From Elainellales cyanobacterium (GTDB lineage: Bacteria; Cyanobacteriota; Cyanobacteriia; Elainellales; Elainellaceae), in assembly GCA_041742695.1 (NCBI GenBank), contig JBGTOF010000299.1:2873-66872 (forward strand): a DNA stretch of 64,000 bases. The letters run 5' to 3'. Below, piece by piece: positions 1-10,288 of this stretch. Below the pieces are notes generated by a model. The model saw nothing but the letters and a program-made list of their open reading frames with translations, did no database searches and was not told the origin of the DNA. Made by a program: the position numbers and the translations under genes. Numbering within the stretch: position 1 is the stretch's first letter; each line of letters opens with the position of its first letter.

Positions 1-50
1 AAATGTTGCGTAAGGGGAACCTACATAACAGAAGTTGACTTGCAATTGTG

Positions 51-1406
51 CTAGCGGCTGGGGAGTGCATCCGCAACCTGGGCAACGGCATAAGCGCTGC
101 GCAAATACCATCGCCGCAGCCCTGGCAAGGGTGCTGGTTTCAGCGGCTGTTGATACACCGCAGAGTAGTCGTGCCCTGTGAGCGTGCCTGTGGTGAGTTG
201 GGCTGCGGTGCGTCCGCTCCAAGTGCCTGCGGCCACGCCATTGCCATGAAAGGCGATCGCCTGCACCACTGTGTCATCCCCCAGTAGCCTGCCCACATGG
301 GGCGTGAGTTGGGTCGAGCCACACACCAAGCCCGTCCAAAAGTGGGTGATCTCCACCGCTCGCCACGCCGGAAACATCTGCCCGAATTCGTGAATCAGAG
401 CCTGCCGACGGCGATCGCTCTCTGCCGCAGATCCCACCAATCCCCCCCGGCCACCAAACAGCAGTCGGCCATCTGCCAACCGTCGAAAATAGTGCAACAG
501 CGTCCGCGTATCAAACAGGGGCGTTTCAGTGTGCCAGCCTTGGGCGGCCAGTTCTGCTGCCGTCAGCGGTCGTGTGGTGACAATGGCCGACAGCACAGGC
601 AACAGCGCCCCTTGCCAGTCAGGGCGCAACTGTTCTGACGTATAGCCATTGGTGGCGACAATCACTCGCTTCGTCCGCAGCACACCCCCTGGCGTATGCA
701 GCAGATGCCACGTCCCCTGTTTTTCCCATACTGTGACAGGAGATTGACCATGCACGACCACACCCCGCCGCTGCACCGCCTGCAACACCCCCCGGGTATA
801 CTTCATCGGGTTGAGCCCAAACCCCACCCCTACCCACAGCGCCCCATGCGCTTGGGGACTACGATAGGCCCGTTCCGCCATTTCCTCAGTTGACCAAAGC
901 TGGCAGGGATACTCGGCCACCTGGGTATAAAACTCTTGAGCCGCTTGGAGCGATCGCCAGCGCGAGGGATGATGCGCTACCGCAATTTCTCCATCCCCTT
1001 GAGGGTCGATCGCCAAGCCTTCTGCCTCTGCCACCTGCCGCACCTGCTCCACCCCCTGGCGTTGATGCTGATAAAAGCGCCGCGTCTCGTCTAACCCAAA
1101 CTTGTGCAGGAGCGTTTTATGGGGCATCCAGGTTGGTTCAATACAGGCAAATCCTCCATTGCGCCCCGACGCGCCCCAGGCGGGCAGCCCTGCCTCTAGC
1201 ACCCGCACCTGTTGCTGCCCTTCGGTAGCCAACTGCAACGCTGCCGACAATCCTGTAATACCGCCGCCGATAATTGCTACCTCGCAGGTGTCGTCCTGCA
1301 GAAGGGGCGGCACTGTGTCTAGAGCCAACGGCGGCAGCGTCGTTTCCCAAAAGCTGCCAACTGCAAGCGTGCGATCATAAACTCTGGCGTCATATAGCGA
1401 GGGCAT
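51..1406 (-). CDS. FAD-dependent oxidoreductase (DAO/PuuB-like gamma-glutamylputrescine oxidase family)
   Basis: VAIIGGGITGLSAA FAD-binding motif, GASGRNGG motif, VIVATNGY, C-terminal GNGVA. Confidence 0.85.
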   Translation of the reverse strand: MPSLYDARVYDRTLAVGSFWETTLPPLALDTVPPLLQDDTCEVAIIGGGITGLSAALQLATEGQQQVRVLEAGLPAWGASGRNGGFACIEPTWMPHKTLLHKFGLDETRRFYQHQRQGVEQVRQVAEAEGLAIDPQGDGEIAVAHHPSRWRSLQAAQEFYTQVAEYPCQLWSTEEMAERAYRSPQAHGALWVGVGFGLNPMKYTRGVLQAVQRRGVVVHGQSPVTVWEKQGTWHLLHTPGGVLRTKRVIVATNGYTSEQLRPDWQGALLPVLSAIVTTRPLTAAELAAQGWHTETPLFDTRTLLHYFRRLADGRLLFGGRGGLVGSAAESDRRRQALIHEFGQMFPAWRAVEITHFWTGLVCGSTQLTPHVGRLLGDDTVVQAIAFHGNGVAAGTWSGRTAAQLTTGTLTGHDYSAVYQQPLKPAPLPGLRRWYLRSAYAVAQVADALPSR

Positions 1407-1440
1407 AGGGGGTAGCCTTTATAAACATTCTCTTGACTCC

Positions 1441-1553
1441 TGCGTGAGTTCGCGATCGCTGTTTTAGCCTCGCGCTGCGGAGTTAAACCAACGCTGGAAC
1501 GGTATTAATCGCATCGCGGGCAGCACCGTTTTGGCCTGTGCCGAACTGACGCT
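1441..1553 (+). repeat. Repeat family 1 copy (~110-bp MITE-like element)
   Basis: CGTGAGTTCG...CCGAACTGACGCT ends; internal GTTTTAGC...GTTAAAC hairpin similar to the other four copies. Confidence 0.65.
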
Positions 1554-1730
1554 TACCCATGGCTTTTACTCAATAGCTTGTACTAAAACTCTAAAGAGGG
1601 CAGTTTTTCGTTATGCAACGGTAAACTGCCTTCCTGGGGACATGGGTTTAGCACTGTTGAGAATGTTGAAATAGGCGTCGCAGATTAGCGAAAATTCTGA
1701 TTGCACCGTCATGCCACCGTCATGCCGCCC

Positions 1731-2825
1731 TTACGATGCAGGGCCGACATACATCAGATCGCACACTAACGATTTGTGATCAGAATTCATGCCGCTGACG
1801 GTGTAGATTTGGCGTACCTGCAGTTCTGGGCTTACCAAACAGTGGTCGATCGGAATTTGCGCCACCTGTCCCACCTGAGTAAGCCAGCCGCCGTAGGTTG
1901 TGGGACTGGGATAGGTGGGCAGCACGCCGACACCATGCCGCGTATCCTGCAGGCGCGTACCCCGAAGCAATCGCTTAAAGTAAGGCGACCAAGGGGTGGT
2001 ATTGAAGTCGCCCAGCACCATCAGGGCATTTGGGGTTTGCAGAATGGCCGTGTGAAGTCTATCTAGCTTAAGATTGCGACGCTGAAACAGACGGGGATAA
2101 ATGGGTAGTGGGGGATGGACGCCAACAAGTTGGATGGGAGTACCTGTGAACTGAATCGTGGCGAAAAGGCTCGGGTCTCGGCTGCCGAGGGTGTCGCCGC
2201 TTGGGTTCGTGAGGGGCTGCTTCGAGAATAGTGCGAGTCCGCTGCCAGGGCTTTGGAAGTGATAGGGCAGGCGATCGCCCAGTGCTGTCGTTAGATCTGC
2301 AACCCATCCCTGATCAATTTCTATAAACAGCACCACGTCTGGATCTTCTTGCTGCACCACCCGGGCCACCTGCTGCCGCTCGGGGTTGTAATAATTAACA
2401 TTCGCCACCATCACCCGCAGCAGCGATGCATTCGGTGCGCTAGACGCTGCGGGGTTGGGGCGATCGTCCCCAGATCGATAGGGCAGTAGTTGAGCGCCGC
2501 TCCACAGCATCACGACTAAACATGCCACCCACAACAGCCACACCGGGCGATCGCGTCGCCCCCGCTGCCGAACCAGCAATCCTAGCCCCAACCCCAGACT
2601 CAACACCCCGCTCATCTGAAAATATTGCAGTTGAAAGTGAGACAGCAGCTCAATGGGATAGCGCCACGCCAACCCATCAAACAGCACACGCAGTGCCGCA
2701 TACACGAGCAGCGCTACCCCGGCTACCGTCAGCGGCCCTATAGGTTGAGTGGGTAGATGCCTCATTGAGGAAAGAAACGTGCTTAGCCGTCGGTATTTAG
2801 CCATTGATCTGTTGAGAGCGATCAC
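1731..2825 (-). CDS. Endonuclease/exonuclease/phosphatase (EEP) family membrane protein
   Basis: N-terminal TM helices; ANV, PDVVLFIE, LGDFN, IDH and SDH motifs; true start may be downstream. Confidence 0.85.
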   Translation of the reverse strand: MIALNRSMAKYRRLSTFLSSMRHLPTQPIGPLTVAGVALLVYAALRVLFDGLAWRYPIELLSHFQLQYFQMSGVLSLGLGLGLLVRQRGRRDRPVWLLWVACLVVMLWSGAQLLPYRSGDDRPNPAASSAPNASLLRVMVANVNYYNPERQQVARVVQQEDPDVVLFIEIDQGWVADLTTALGDRLPYHFQSPGSGLALFSKQPLTNPSGDTLGSRDPSLFATIQFTGTPIQLVGVHPPLPIYPRLFQRRNLKLDRLHTAILQTPNALMVLGDFNTTPWSPYFKRLLRGTRLQDTRHGVGVLPTYPSPTTYGGWLTQVGQVAQIPIDHCLVSPELQVRQIYTVSGMNSDHKSLVCDLMYVGPAS

Positions 2826-3001
2826 AACTCGCTATAGTAGTACTCGCAACCTCGGCCACCCATTCCGCTAATTCGGTCGCCCCGCGCGAACAAATTGATG
2901 GAATGGGTAGTCTAAGCCTAAGGAATGGAACCGAAGCATTCTTCGCAACCGAATCCAATCATCCCCGAATCCAGGAATCTAAGCATACTTGTGTCGCAGC
3001 T

Positions 3002-3283
3002 ATGAACTACCGCCGTCGTACCACCAGACCGTTGCCTCGCCCCACTCAGGCTCGGGCGATCGCCCTCCGAGCCGAAGCCCTATCCCCCCGCAACCTAGAC
3101 CTTGTTTCCCTAGCGGTGTGCTCCTGCGTGCTCACGCTATTGGTTCACGGCGTGGCTCAGCTGCCCACCAGCAGCACTCTCAACAAACCCACATCTCAAT
3201 CATCTGGCATCAATAGCCAAAACCTGTTTCAAGCATTTACAGTGCCTGCAACTCGCCCCAAACTCAAGCAAGACGACGAGTAG
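3002..3283 (+). CDS. Hypothetical small single-TM protein
   Basis: ATG at 3002 (MNYRRRTT...), basic N-terminus followed by a hydrophobic segment. Confidence 0.5.
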   Translation: MNYRRRTTRPLPRPTQARAIALRAEALSPRNLDLVSLAVCSCVLTLLVHGVAQLPTSSTLNKPTSQSSGINSQNLFQAFTVPATRPKLKQDDE

Positions 3284-3862
3284 CTCAGGTTCACGTTACC
3301 CACATGTGCAGCGTCCTAAGCAGAACCAGCAGACCCACCTGTACAAATGTTTGAGTCCGCAAGCACAGGTGAGTATGGATGGGCATGTACTCAATCCGTA
3401 CGCGCCAGCAGTCTACCTATCCCTAATCCTTATAGGCCATTTAGCGCTTTTATAGATTGCTGGCTGGGATGAAACCTCCATAGCTTGATGAAGTAGCTTG
3501 GTAAAACTTTAGAGAAACCTGCATCAGTTTGATGGTTACTCTCTAAAATTGAGTTGTTTTGTGTCTAACGTCGATTTAAAAATCGAAGGTTTTTCAAAAA
3601 GCTGGCGGCAAGAAATTCTATTGGATGAACAATCTTATAGATTTCTTAGGATTCTATCCTGGGCGGGAGCTGAATCACTCTGTATGGAGTATGGGGTGAC
3701 TCATTGTAGGGAGACCCGCTAAAGATGCCGAGGCCCCAACAAACCAGAACTGCATCAGCACCATGGTTGTCTAGCCGCCATCTTCGTCGCAGTCATTCAT
3801 CAACACCGATACGCAATCAGCCAGGCTTTGATAAGGGATAAGGTACGGAGGAACTCTACGCT

Positions 3863-4582
3863 GTGAACATTTCCGACATATTTGCGAGGGGCGGCATCGC
3901 AATGTATCCATTGCTGCTGCTATCGTTCATGTCTTTAAGCGTGATTATTGAACGGGTTTGGTTCTGGTCAAAAATTCTGACCCGTGAGCGCGAGATCTCT
4001 GGTCGAGTGATTGAAGCAGCCCGACGAGAATGGGTGGCCGCTGCAGACATTGCCAGTCGCGCGACCGATCAACCCATTGGCCGGTTCCTCAATTCTGCGC
4101 TTGAGCTCCAGAGCCCCGATCCTGAGGTATTTAAGCTGGCGCTAGAAGCCTCCGCAGAAGAAGAGCTAGCAGCCATGCGCCGAGGCGACAAAATTTTAGA
4201 AGCCACGATTGCGATCGCCCCTTTGTTGGGTCTTCTGGGCACAGTGCTGGGTCTCATTGGCTCTCTCAGCTCTATCCGGTTAGGTGACATTGGCACCAGC
4301 GCTACTGGGGAAGTCACCCTAGGCATTTCTGAAGCGCTCATTTCAACTGCCACTGGGCTCATCGTAGCGATTATCAGCTTGGCGTTTTACCGCACATTTC
4401 AAGGATTGCTCGCAGGCCAAGTCAAACTGTTTCAGCGGTCGGGCAACGACTTAGAACTTCTCTACCGCAGCGACCTAGCGATTGGCAAGCGGCCTCTCAG
4501 CAACAACTTTAGATCCGGCATACTCCCTGCATCTGATGTAGCGACCGATGCCCCGCCCCCAGTGTCTGATCCACAGTCGTAG
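3863..4582 (+). CDS. exbB: MotA/TolQ/ExbB proton channel protein
   Basis: APLLGLLGTVLGLI and GISEALISTATGL motifs; followed by exbD. Confidence 0.92.
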   Translation: MNISDIFARGGIAMYPLLLLSFMSLSVIIERVWFWSKILTREREISGRVIEAARREWVAAADIASRATDQPIGRFLNSALELQSPDPEVFKLALEASAEEELAAMRRGDKILEATIAIAPLLGLLGTVLGLIGSLSSIRLGDIGTSATGEVTLGISEALISTATGLIVAIISLAFYRTFQGLLAGQVKLFQRSGNDLELLYRSDLAIGKRPLSNNFRSGILPASDVATDAPPPVSDPQS

Positions 4583-4717
4583 TTGCGCAAATAGCCATTG
4601 CGCAACCGACGCAAATCTGACGACATTAAGCGCATGATCTAGGCTTGGCCGTCAATCGGTCAAGCCCAGCGCAGATTAAGCGATTTCCTGACCCCCCTCA
4701 CTTAACCGTTGATTGCG

Positions 4718-5296
4718 ATGAAAATCAAACCTGGCATTCCCGGCGAAGAGGCTCGCATCGAGCTAGTTCCCCTCATTGATGTGGTGTTTTGCATTCTCAC
4801 ATTCTTTATCTTGGCGGCAGTAACGCTCACGCGCCAATCGGGCATTAATGTAGACTTGCCCCGAGCTTCGACGGGAATTACGCAAATGCGGGAGATGCTG
4901 ATTGTCAGCGTTGACCCGATTGGGCAGATTTTTGTAGAAAAAGAGCCAATTCTCGAAGAAGAACTACGGCAAGAGCTGGTCAACTTTCAGGAAGTCAATC
5001 CCAATGGGGTAATGGTGCTCTATGCATCTCGGCTCTCGAGCTACAACGACGTGGTGAGGGTGCTCGACATTTTGCGCTCTGTGGGGGGCGAGCGGGTGGC
5101 GCTAGCTACCCTACCTGAACCTGGCGGCGTACAGGCAATTCCAGCTCCGTCGATTGATCCGACCGCTCCAATGCCAGGCGATTTGCTGCTGCCCGATGCG
5201 GAGTCATTACCGGGTTTTGAGACTTTCCCAGACGAGCCCATCTCTCCCCAAGATAGTCCCGAGCTACCCGGTGAGGCTGAACCGGTTGCTCCCTAA
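4718..5296 (+). CDS. exbD: ExbD/TolR biopolymer transporter
   Basis: IELVPLIDVVFCILTFFI TM motif; Pro/acidic tail. Confidence 0.92.
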   Translation: MKIKPGIPGEEARIELVPLIDVVFCILTFFILAAVTLTRQSGINVDLPRASTGITQMREMLIVSVDPIGQIFVEKEPILEEELRQELVNFQEVNPNGVMVLYASRLSSYNDVVRVLDILRSVGGERVALATLPEPGGVQAIPAPSIDPTAPMPGDLLLPDAESLPGFETFPDEPISPQDSPELPGEAEPVAP

Positions 5297-5415
5297 GGGC
5301 GATCGCTCCTTCACTATTCCCATCATCCACTTCCATTGCCTCAACAGAACGACTCGAGATGCGCGATCGCCGCCTATCTCGGGTCGTTTTTTTAATTGAA
5401 ACGACTTCAAAATTC

Positions 5416-5472
5416 AATCCCGACTAAAATTGTCGGATATGTTTGACGGTGTTTCGTAGCCCGTGCTACTAT
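5416..5472 (+). promoter_or_regulatory. IscR/Rrf2-type operator adjoining a sigma70 promoter of thrC-moaD
   Basis: AATCCCGACTAAAATTGTCGGATAT (5416-5440), then TTGACG (5443-5448) and extended -10 TGCTACTAT (TACTAT 5467-5472). Confidence 0.6.
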
Positions 5473-5601
5473 CAGCTCACTTAGTTAAAAAGTTTGGCTA
5501 AATCCTTGCTACTGCGCTGATCTGGCCGTTTTGGTTGAGCAGATTGCTCTCGCTCGGTTCTACACCCTTGTTAAGTACACCCTCAATAGATTTGTTTCAC
5601 C

Positions 5602-6918
5602 ATGACTCAAGTGCTGCCATCTCCCACCCGTGACGCCGCTCGCTCTACCGCCGCTACCTTCACCGGGCTGAAGTGCAAAGAGTGCGGTGCCGAATACGAA
5701 GCCAAGGCCACCCATGTTTGCGAGCTTTGCTTTGGGCCTTTAGAGGTCATGTATGACTACAGCGCGCTGAGCAAAATGGTGACGCGCGAGTCTATTGAAG
5801 CAGGGCCCCATTCCATCTGGCGTTATCGTTCATTCCTGCCTGTGGCGAGCGAAAACCCCATTGATGTGGGCACAGGAATGACCCCCCTGCTCAAAGCCAA
5901 TCGCCTGGCTCGTCGTCTAGGGCTCAAGAATCTCTACATTAAAAATGATGCGGTCAATATGCCGACCCTTAGCTTTAAGGATCGAGTTGTGTCGGTAGCG
6001 TTAACCCGCGCTCGCGAACTGGGCTTTACGACCGTATCTTGCGCCAGCACAGGAAACTTGGCGAATTCGACTGCGGCGATCGCCGCCCATGCTGGCTTAG
6101 AGTGTTGCGTCTTCATCCCATCTGATCTAGAAGCCGGTAAGGTGCTGGGGACGCTGATCTATAACCCCACATTGATGGCAGTTCATGGCAACTATGACCA
6201 GGTAAATCGGCTCTGTTCAGAAGTCGCAAACACCTACGGGTGGGGCTTTGTGAATATCAACCTGCGGCCTTACTACTCCGAGGGCTCTAAAACCTTGGGC
6301 TATGAAGTGGCAGAGCAATTGGGATGGAAGCTGCCGGATCACATCGTGGCACCGCTGGCTTCGGGCTCCCTATTTACCAAAATCTACAAAGGCTTCCAAG
6401 AATTTATCAAGGTTGGCCTCGTCGAAGAAAAAGCAGTGCGTTTTAGTGGGGCTCAGGCAGAAGGCTGCTCTCCGATTGCTCAAGCGTTTCGGGATGGCCG
6501 CGACTTTATTACCCCTGTTAAACCCAGCACTATTGCGAAGTCCATTGCGATTGGCAATCCGGCAGATGGCGTCTATGCCATAGACATTGCGAATAAGACG
6601 AATGGCAACATTGAGTCTGTCACTGATGCTGAAATCATTGACGGCATGAAGCTCCTCGCAGAGACAGAAGGCATCTTTACGGAAACAGCTGGGGGCACGA
6701 CCATCGCCACGCTCAAGAAGCTGGTAGAAGCTGGGAAGATCAATCCCGATGAAACTACAGTTGCCTATATCACTGGCAATGGCCTAAAGACCCAAGAAGC
6801 AGTGCAGGGCTACATTGGAGAGCCGTTGACCATCGAGCCAAAGCTCGACAGCTTTGAGCGCGCCCTAGAGCGTGCAAAGACGCTGGATCGGTTGGAGTGG
6901 CAGCAGGTCTTGGTTTGA
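5602..6918 (+). CDS. thrC: Threonine synthase-family PLP enzyme with N-terminal zinc ribbon
   Basis: PTLSFKDR PLP-lysine motif, CASTGN, ITGNGLK; N-terminal CxxC...CxxC. Confidence 0.85.
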   Translation: MTQVLPSPTRDAARSTAATFTGLKCKECGAEYEAKATHVCELCFGPLEVMYDYSALSKMVTRESIEAGPHSIWRYRSFLPVASENPIDVGTGMTPLLKANRLARRLGLKNLYIKNDAVNMPTLSFKDRVVSVALTRARELGFTTVSCASTGNLANSTAAIAAHAGLECCVFIPSDLEAGKVLGTLIYNPTLMAVHGNYDQVNRLCSEVANTYGWGFVNINLRPYYSEGSKTLGYEVAEQLGWKLPDHIVAPLASGSLFTKIYKGFQEFIKVGLVEEKAVRFSGAQAEGCSPIAQAFRDGRDFITPVKPSTIAKSIAIGNPADGVYAIDIANKTNGNIESVTDAEIIDGMKLLAETEGIFTETAGGTTIATLKKLVEAGKINPDETTVAYITGNGLKTQEAVQGYIGEPLTIEPKLDSFERALERAKTLDRLEWQQVLV

Positions 6919-7108
6919 GGTCGTTAAGCCCTCGGCCGTCTAGGGATCCAGCAGTTTAGTGTAGTGTTGATTACGGCGATCGCCCCCTATGTTCTTCAGT
7001 TGTTCTCAAGCTATTCTCAAGCTGTGAACCTGACCAACATAATCATGCTGCATCGGCCTAAGGGCGATCGCTCCGTCATTGTTTCTCTTGAATACCGAAT
7101 CTAAGGTT

Positions 7109-7384
7109 ATGACAGTCAAAGTTCTTGTTCCCACTCCATTGCAGAAGTTTACGAAAGATCAGGCCACCGTGGAGTGCACCGCAGGCACCATCGTAGAGCT
7201 ATTGGATTCGTTAGATGCACAATTTCCTGGCATCAAAGCCCGGCTCTGCGACGATAGCGGCAATCTACGTCGATTCATCAACTTCTATGTCAACAGCGAA
7301 GACATCCGCTTTTTAGAGGGCAAAGATACGCCGCTCGCCGCTGGGGATGAAGTGAGTATCGTCCCTGCTGTGGCTGGAGGCTGA
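7109..7384 (+). CDS. moaD: MoaD/ThiS-family ubiquitin-like sulfur carrier
   Basis: 91 aa ending in IVPAVAGG (C-terminal Gly-Gly). Confidence 0.88.
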   Translation: MTVKVLVPTPLQKFTKDQATVECTAGTIVELLDSLDAQFPGIKARLCDDSGNLRRFINFYVNSEDIRFLEGKDTPLAAGDEVSIVPAVAGG

Positions 7385-7537
7385 GGGCGATCGCCCCTGC
7401 ATCGGCTTCCATGCTCTTGCTGCATGCCGTGACGTTAGCGCCAGACCGATACAAAACCTTGAAATCCTAAATTGGATAGCGAGGCTTGTTCAAGTACTAA
7501 CGCCACCGAGAGAGCAGATGCTCATGCTTCGATTTAG

Positions 7538-7616
7538 GTTCTCAATATGGGTTTGAAATGCGCGTTCAAAGCACATTTCAAACCCATTTGCTTTTTTAAA
7601 GCGCCATTTTGAGAAC
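7538..7616. repeat. 79-bp palindromic element with 13-bp imperfect terminal inverted repeats
   Basis: GTTCTCAATATGG...CCATTTTGAGAAC (12/13 match); internal ATGGGTTTGAAATG/CATTTCAAACCCAT stem. Confidence 0.5.
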
Positions 7617-7662
7617 AGAGTCACCCTGTTAGATAGAGTCCCCGCTGAACCCGACTGTTGTC

Positions 7663-7968
7663 CTACCGAAAGGCCACTCCATAGCTGGCGCTCGGGCTGT
7701 GATGTTGATACAGCCGCTCGGGTAGCGGTTGGGGCGGGTTGCCATATTCTGGGGCGGGTTGCATCAGTTGGAGCAACCCCCACAACACGCCGACGAGGCC
7801 GATAGCTGTCATCAGCCCATTCAGCGGGGTAGGCTCAGATACATTGCGTTGAAAGTTGCAGTTGAGGCAGGTATATACATTGCCATGCTGCACAATTGAG
7901 TTGTGACCACAGTGAGGACAGGCTAACTGTGGATGGTGGTGAGATTGAGAGTGGGGGTCTGGGTACAT
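7663..7968 (-). CDS. Small zinc-ribbon membrane protein
   Basis: CPHC...CLNC followed by one TM helix; GGAGCAGG-type RBS upstream. Confidence 0.7.
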   Translation of the reverse strand: MYPDPHSQSHHHPQLACPHCGHNSIVQHGNVYTCLNCNFQRNVSEPTPLNGLMTAIGLVGVLWGLLQLMQPAPEYGNPPQPLPERLYQHHSPSASYGVAFR

Positions 7969-8113
7969 AGCAACCTGCTCCTGTAATCGATCTGAATAGG
8001 TCTAGAACCGCAACAGGCACGACTAGAGTAGACCTAACGCGTGCTCTTAAGCTCGGCTTTCTATTGATTGGTGCAGTTTGATGTGCAATTGCTACAGGAT
8101 GAAATGTTGACCT

Positions 8114-8728
8114 ATGTCATCAGTGCTGCAAGCTGATTTTTGGGAGAATCGCTATCAAGATGGGAGCGATCGGTGGGATTTGGGGCAGCCTGCGCCCCCG
8201 TTTGTCAGTCTGCTCTCTGCTGAGACTGCACCCCCTGTCGGCAGTCTAGTGGCCTTGGGTATGGGGCGTGGCCATGATGCGCTGCTGTTTGCCAAGCATG
8301 GATTTGATGTGACGGGTGTAGATTTTGCGCCGTCGGCGATCGCCCATGCCCAACAGCATGCCACTGCTGAGGGGCTATCTTTTCAGGCTCTCCAGCGAGA
8401 TATCTTCGATCTCGTTCCCGAATACGCCGGTACGTTTGACTATGTGCTAGAGCACACCTGCCTTTGTGCGATCGCCCCCTCCCAACGCCAGCCCTACGTC
8501 CGCCTCGTTCACCAACTGCTAAAACCCAAAGGCACCTTCATTGGTCTATTCTGGGCTCACCTGCGCGAGGGTGGGCCTCCCTATGGCACCACCCCAGCCG
8601 AACTGCGCGACCTATTTTCCCCTTGGTTCAACACCGCATCGTTAACACCCGTGAAGAATTCTGTTCCTAATCGAGCAGATGAAGAACTACTCGCGCTGTT
8701 TCACCCGCTTAGCGTCTCGTCGTCATAG
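8114..8728 (+). CDS. TPMT-family SAM-dependent methyltransferase (thiol/halide methyltransferase-like)
   Basis: FWENRY...WDLGQPAP, LGMGRGHD, FDYVLEHTCLCAI, GGPPY motifs. Confidence 0.85.
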   Translation: MSSVLQADFWENRYQDGSDRWDLGQPAPPFVSLLSAETAPPVGSLVALGMGRGHDALLFAKHGFDVTGVDFAPSAIAHAQQHATAEGLSFQALQRDIFDLVPEYAGTFDYVLEHTCLCAIAPSQRQPYVRLVHQLLKPKGTFIGLFWAHLREGGPPYGTTPAELRDLFSPWFNTASLTPVKNSVPNRADEELLALFHPLSVSSS

Positions 8729-8889
8729 CATCGTCATAGCAGAGAGAACAATGCTCACGTCTTGCCGTTGATTCACCCGCCGTCAAAATCTGGTTTTAGA
8801 TAAGGCTGCCGATTGCCGAATGCCGCTGTTGGCTGAAGAATGCACCAAAACTGCTTAAAGTACAGCGGGACACCTGGCTTTTATATAAC

Positions 8890-8986
8890 TGTTGCAACCG
8901 ATAGATTGGTTGGGACAAGGGTTGTGTTGAACCCCCTGTGCAGCAGGCGGTTCAACACAACAAACCTTCAAACCTGCGTGTTAAGC
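8890..8986 (-). repeat. Repeat family 2 copy
   Basis: Minus strand GCTTAACACGCAGGTTTGA...TTGTGTTGAACC/GGTTCAACACAA hairpin...GGTTGCAACA. Confidence 0.75.
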
Positions 8987-9027
8987 GCTATAGGCAGGAG
9001 GACGGAATACAGCGTTCCTTTTGCTAT

Positions 9028-9057
9028 AAAAAAGCCTGCAATTAAGCAGGCTTTCTT
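9028..9057. terminator. Probable bidirectional intrinsic terminator
   Basis: AAAGCCTGC-AATTAA-GCAGGCTTT with flanking A/T tracts, between convergent genes. Confidence 0.6.
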
Positions 9058-9183
9058 CGGATTTGATGTGCAGTTTAACTAATAGGGTCTCCATCCCAAA
9101 TTTTGCTCGATTACCCCAGGTTGAGTCGAGCAAATGCCCTTTGAGTTGGCTTGCCCTTCCGTTGAACGCAACGCTACTGTTAG

Positions 9184-10137
9184 CTATTCAAACCCAGCAT
9201 TGCGCCATGGCACGGGGTCTACAGATTTGCCGTTAACGTACAATCCCCAGTGCAGATTGGGCCCAGTTGCGGCTCCCGTGGCCCCGATGCCGCCGATGCG
9301 CTGTCCCGCCTGCACGACGTCACCCTCCTGCACGTCGATACGGCTGAGGTGAATGAAGATGCTGCCTACTCCTTGCCCATGATCAATGGCTACCGTGTTG
9401 CCATGCAGCACAAAGCCATCGGCCACACGCCCTACCAGCACAACACGACCCGCAGCAGGGGCGTAGATGGGTGCGCCCACTCCTCCGGCGTAATCTACCC
9501 CACGGTGAAAGTAATTTTCGGCAAAGACACCGTTGTAGTAGCGCCGAATTCCATATTCAGACGTGACGCGACCATCAGCAGGGCGGCGCATGGCTCCGCT
9601 CCACAGCTTATCGGGTGTGCGAATGTTGCGAAAGGCTGCGACGCGCGCAAACTCCTGATCGGTGCCGCCAGAGCCGCCGCCTCGCAGCGTAATTCGCTGT
9701 AGGCCAAAGGTGCGATCGCGCAATTCTACCGCTAGATTTCGGGTATTGCTGTCGGCCTCGACCCGAATCACCTTGCGACCGGGGCGATCAATGGGCGTGG
9801 TCGGAATCAGAGCGCGATAGCGATCGCCCCCCAGAGAAAAGGCTGGATACACCTCATCCTCGAATTGCACCGTGGGTTCTTGCTCGGCTCGCACCACGAC
9901 TGAGATAGTATCGCCCAGACGAGGATTCGAGGGCTGAATGGTAACTCCATCAGCCGCAGCAGGGTTGAAGAGAATGAGCAATAGGGCGATCGCTCCTACG
10001 ACTGCCCCGACCAGCCGCCGTCCATTACGACGCAGTGAACCAGTCCAAGACTGCCGACCCTTAACCTGTTGCAAGATCCAATCCGAAATCATGGCAAAAC
10101 CACCAGACATCCTATATGTGCAGATTTGTGCAGACAC
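9184..10137 (-). CDS. M23 family metallopeptidase
   Basis: HRGVD, IDHG, HLS and TGPNLHW motifs; signal peptide; likely start near 10092. Confidence 0.92.
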   Translation of the reverse strand: MSAQICTYRMSGGFAMISDWILQQVKGRQSWTGSLRRNGRRLVGAVVGAIALLLILFNPAAADGVTIQPSNPRLGDTISVVVRAEQEPTVQFEDEVYPAFSLGGDRYRALIPTTPIDRPGRKVIRVEADSNTRNLAVELRDRTFGLQRITLRGGGSGGTDQEFARVAAFRNIRTPDKLWSGAMRRPADGRVTSEYGIRRYYNGVFAENYFHRGVDYAGGVGAPIYAPAAGRVVLVGRVADGFVLHGNTVAIDHGQGVGSIFIHLSRIDVQEGDVVQAGQRIGGIGATGAATGPNLHWGLYVNGKSVDPVPWRNAGFE

Positions 10138-10288
10138 CCTATCACAATTTGCTCGAGGTCTTCCGGTGCTGATGTGAGGTCAGGTAGGCTGCACCTGCTC
10201 TACACGATACTAAAATCAAACTCAAACTACTCACAGTTTCATAGATAGCGAGGCTAAGACTCGATTAACTTGAAAAGTCTAGGAATTC

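Noticed and set aside
3284-3862. Riboswitch in the long exbB leader
   Set aside because: No cobalamin, TPP or other known riboswitch consensus recognisable by eye; an Rfam scan would be needed
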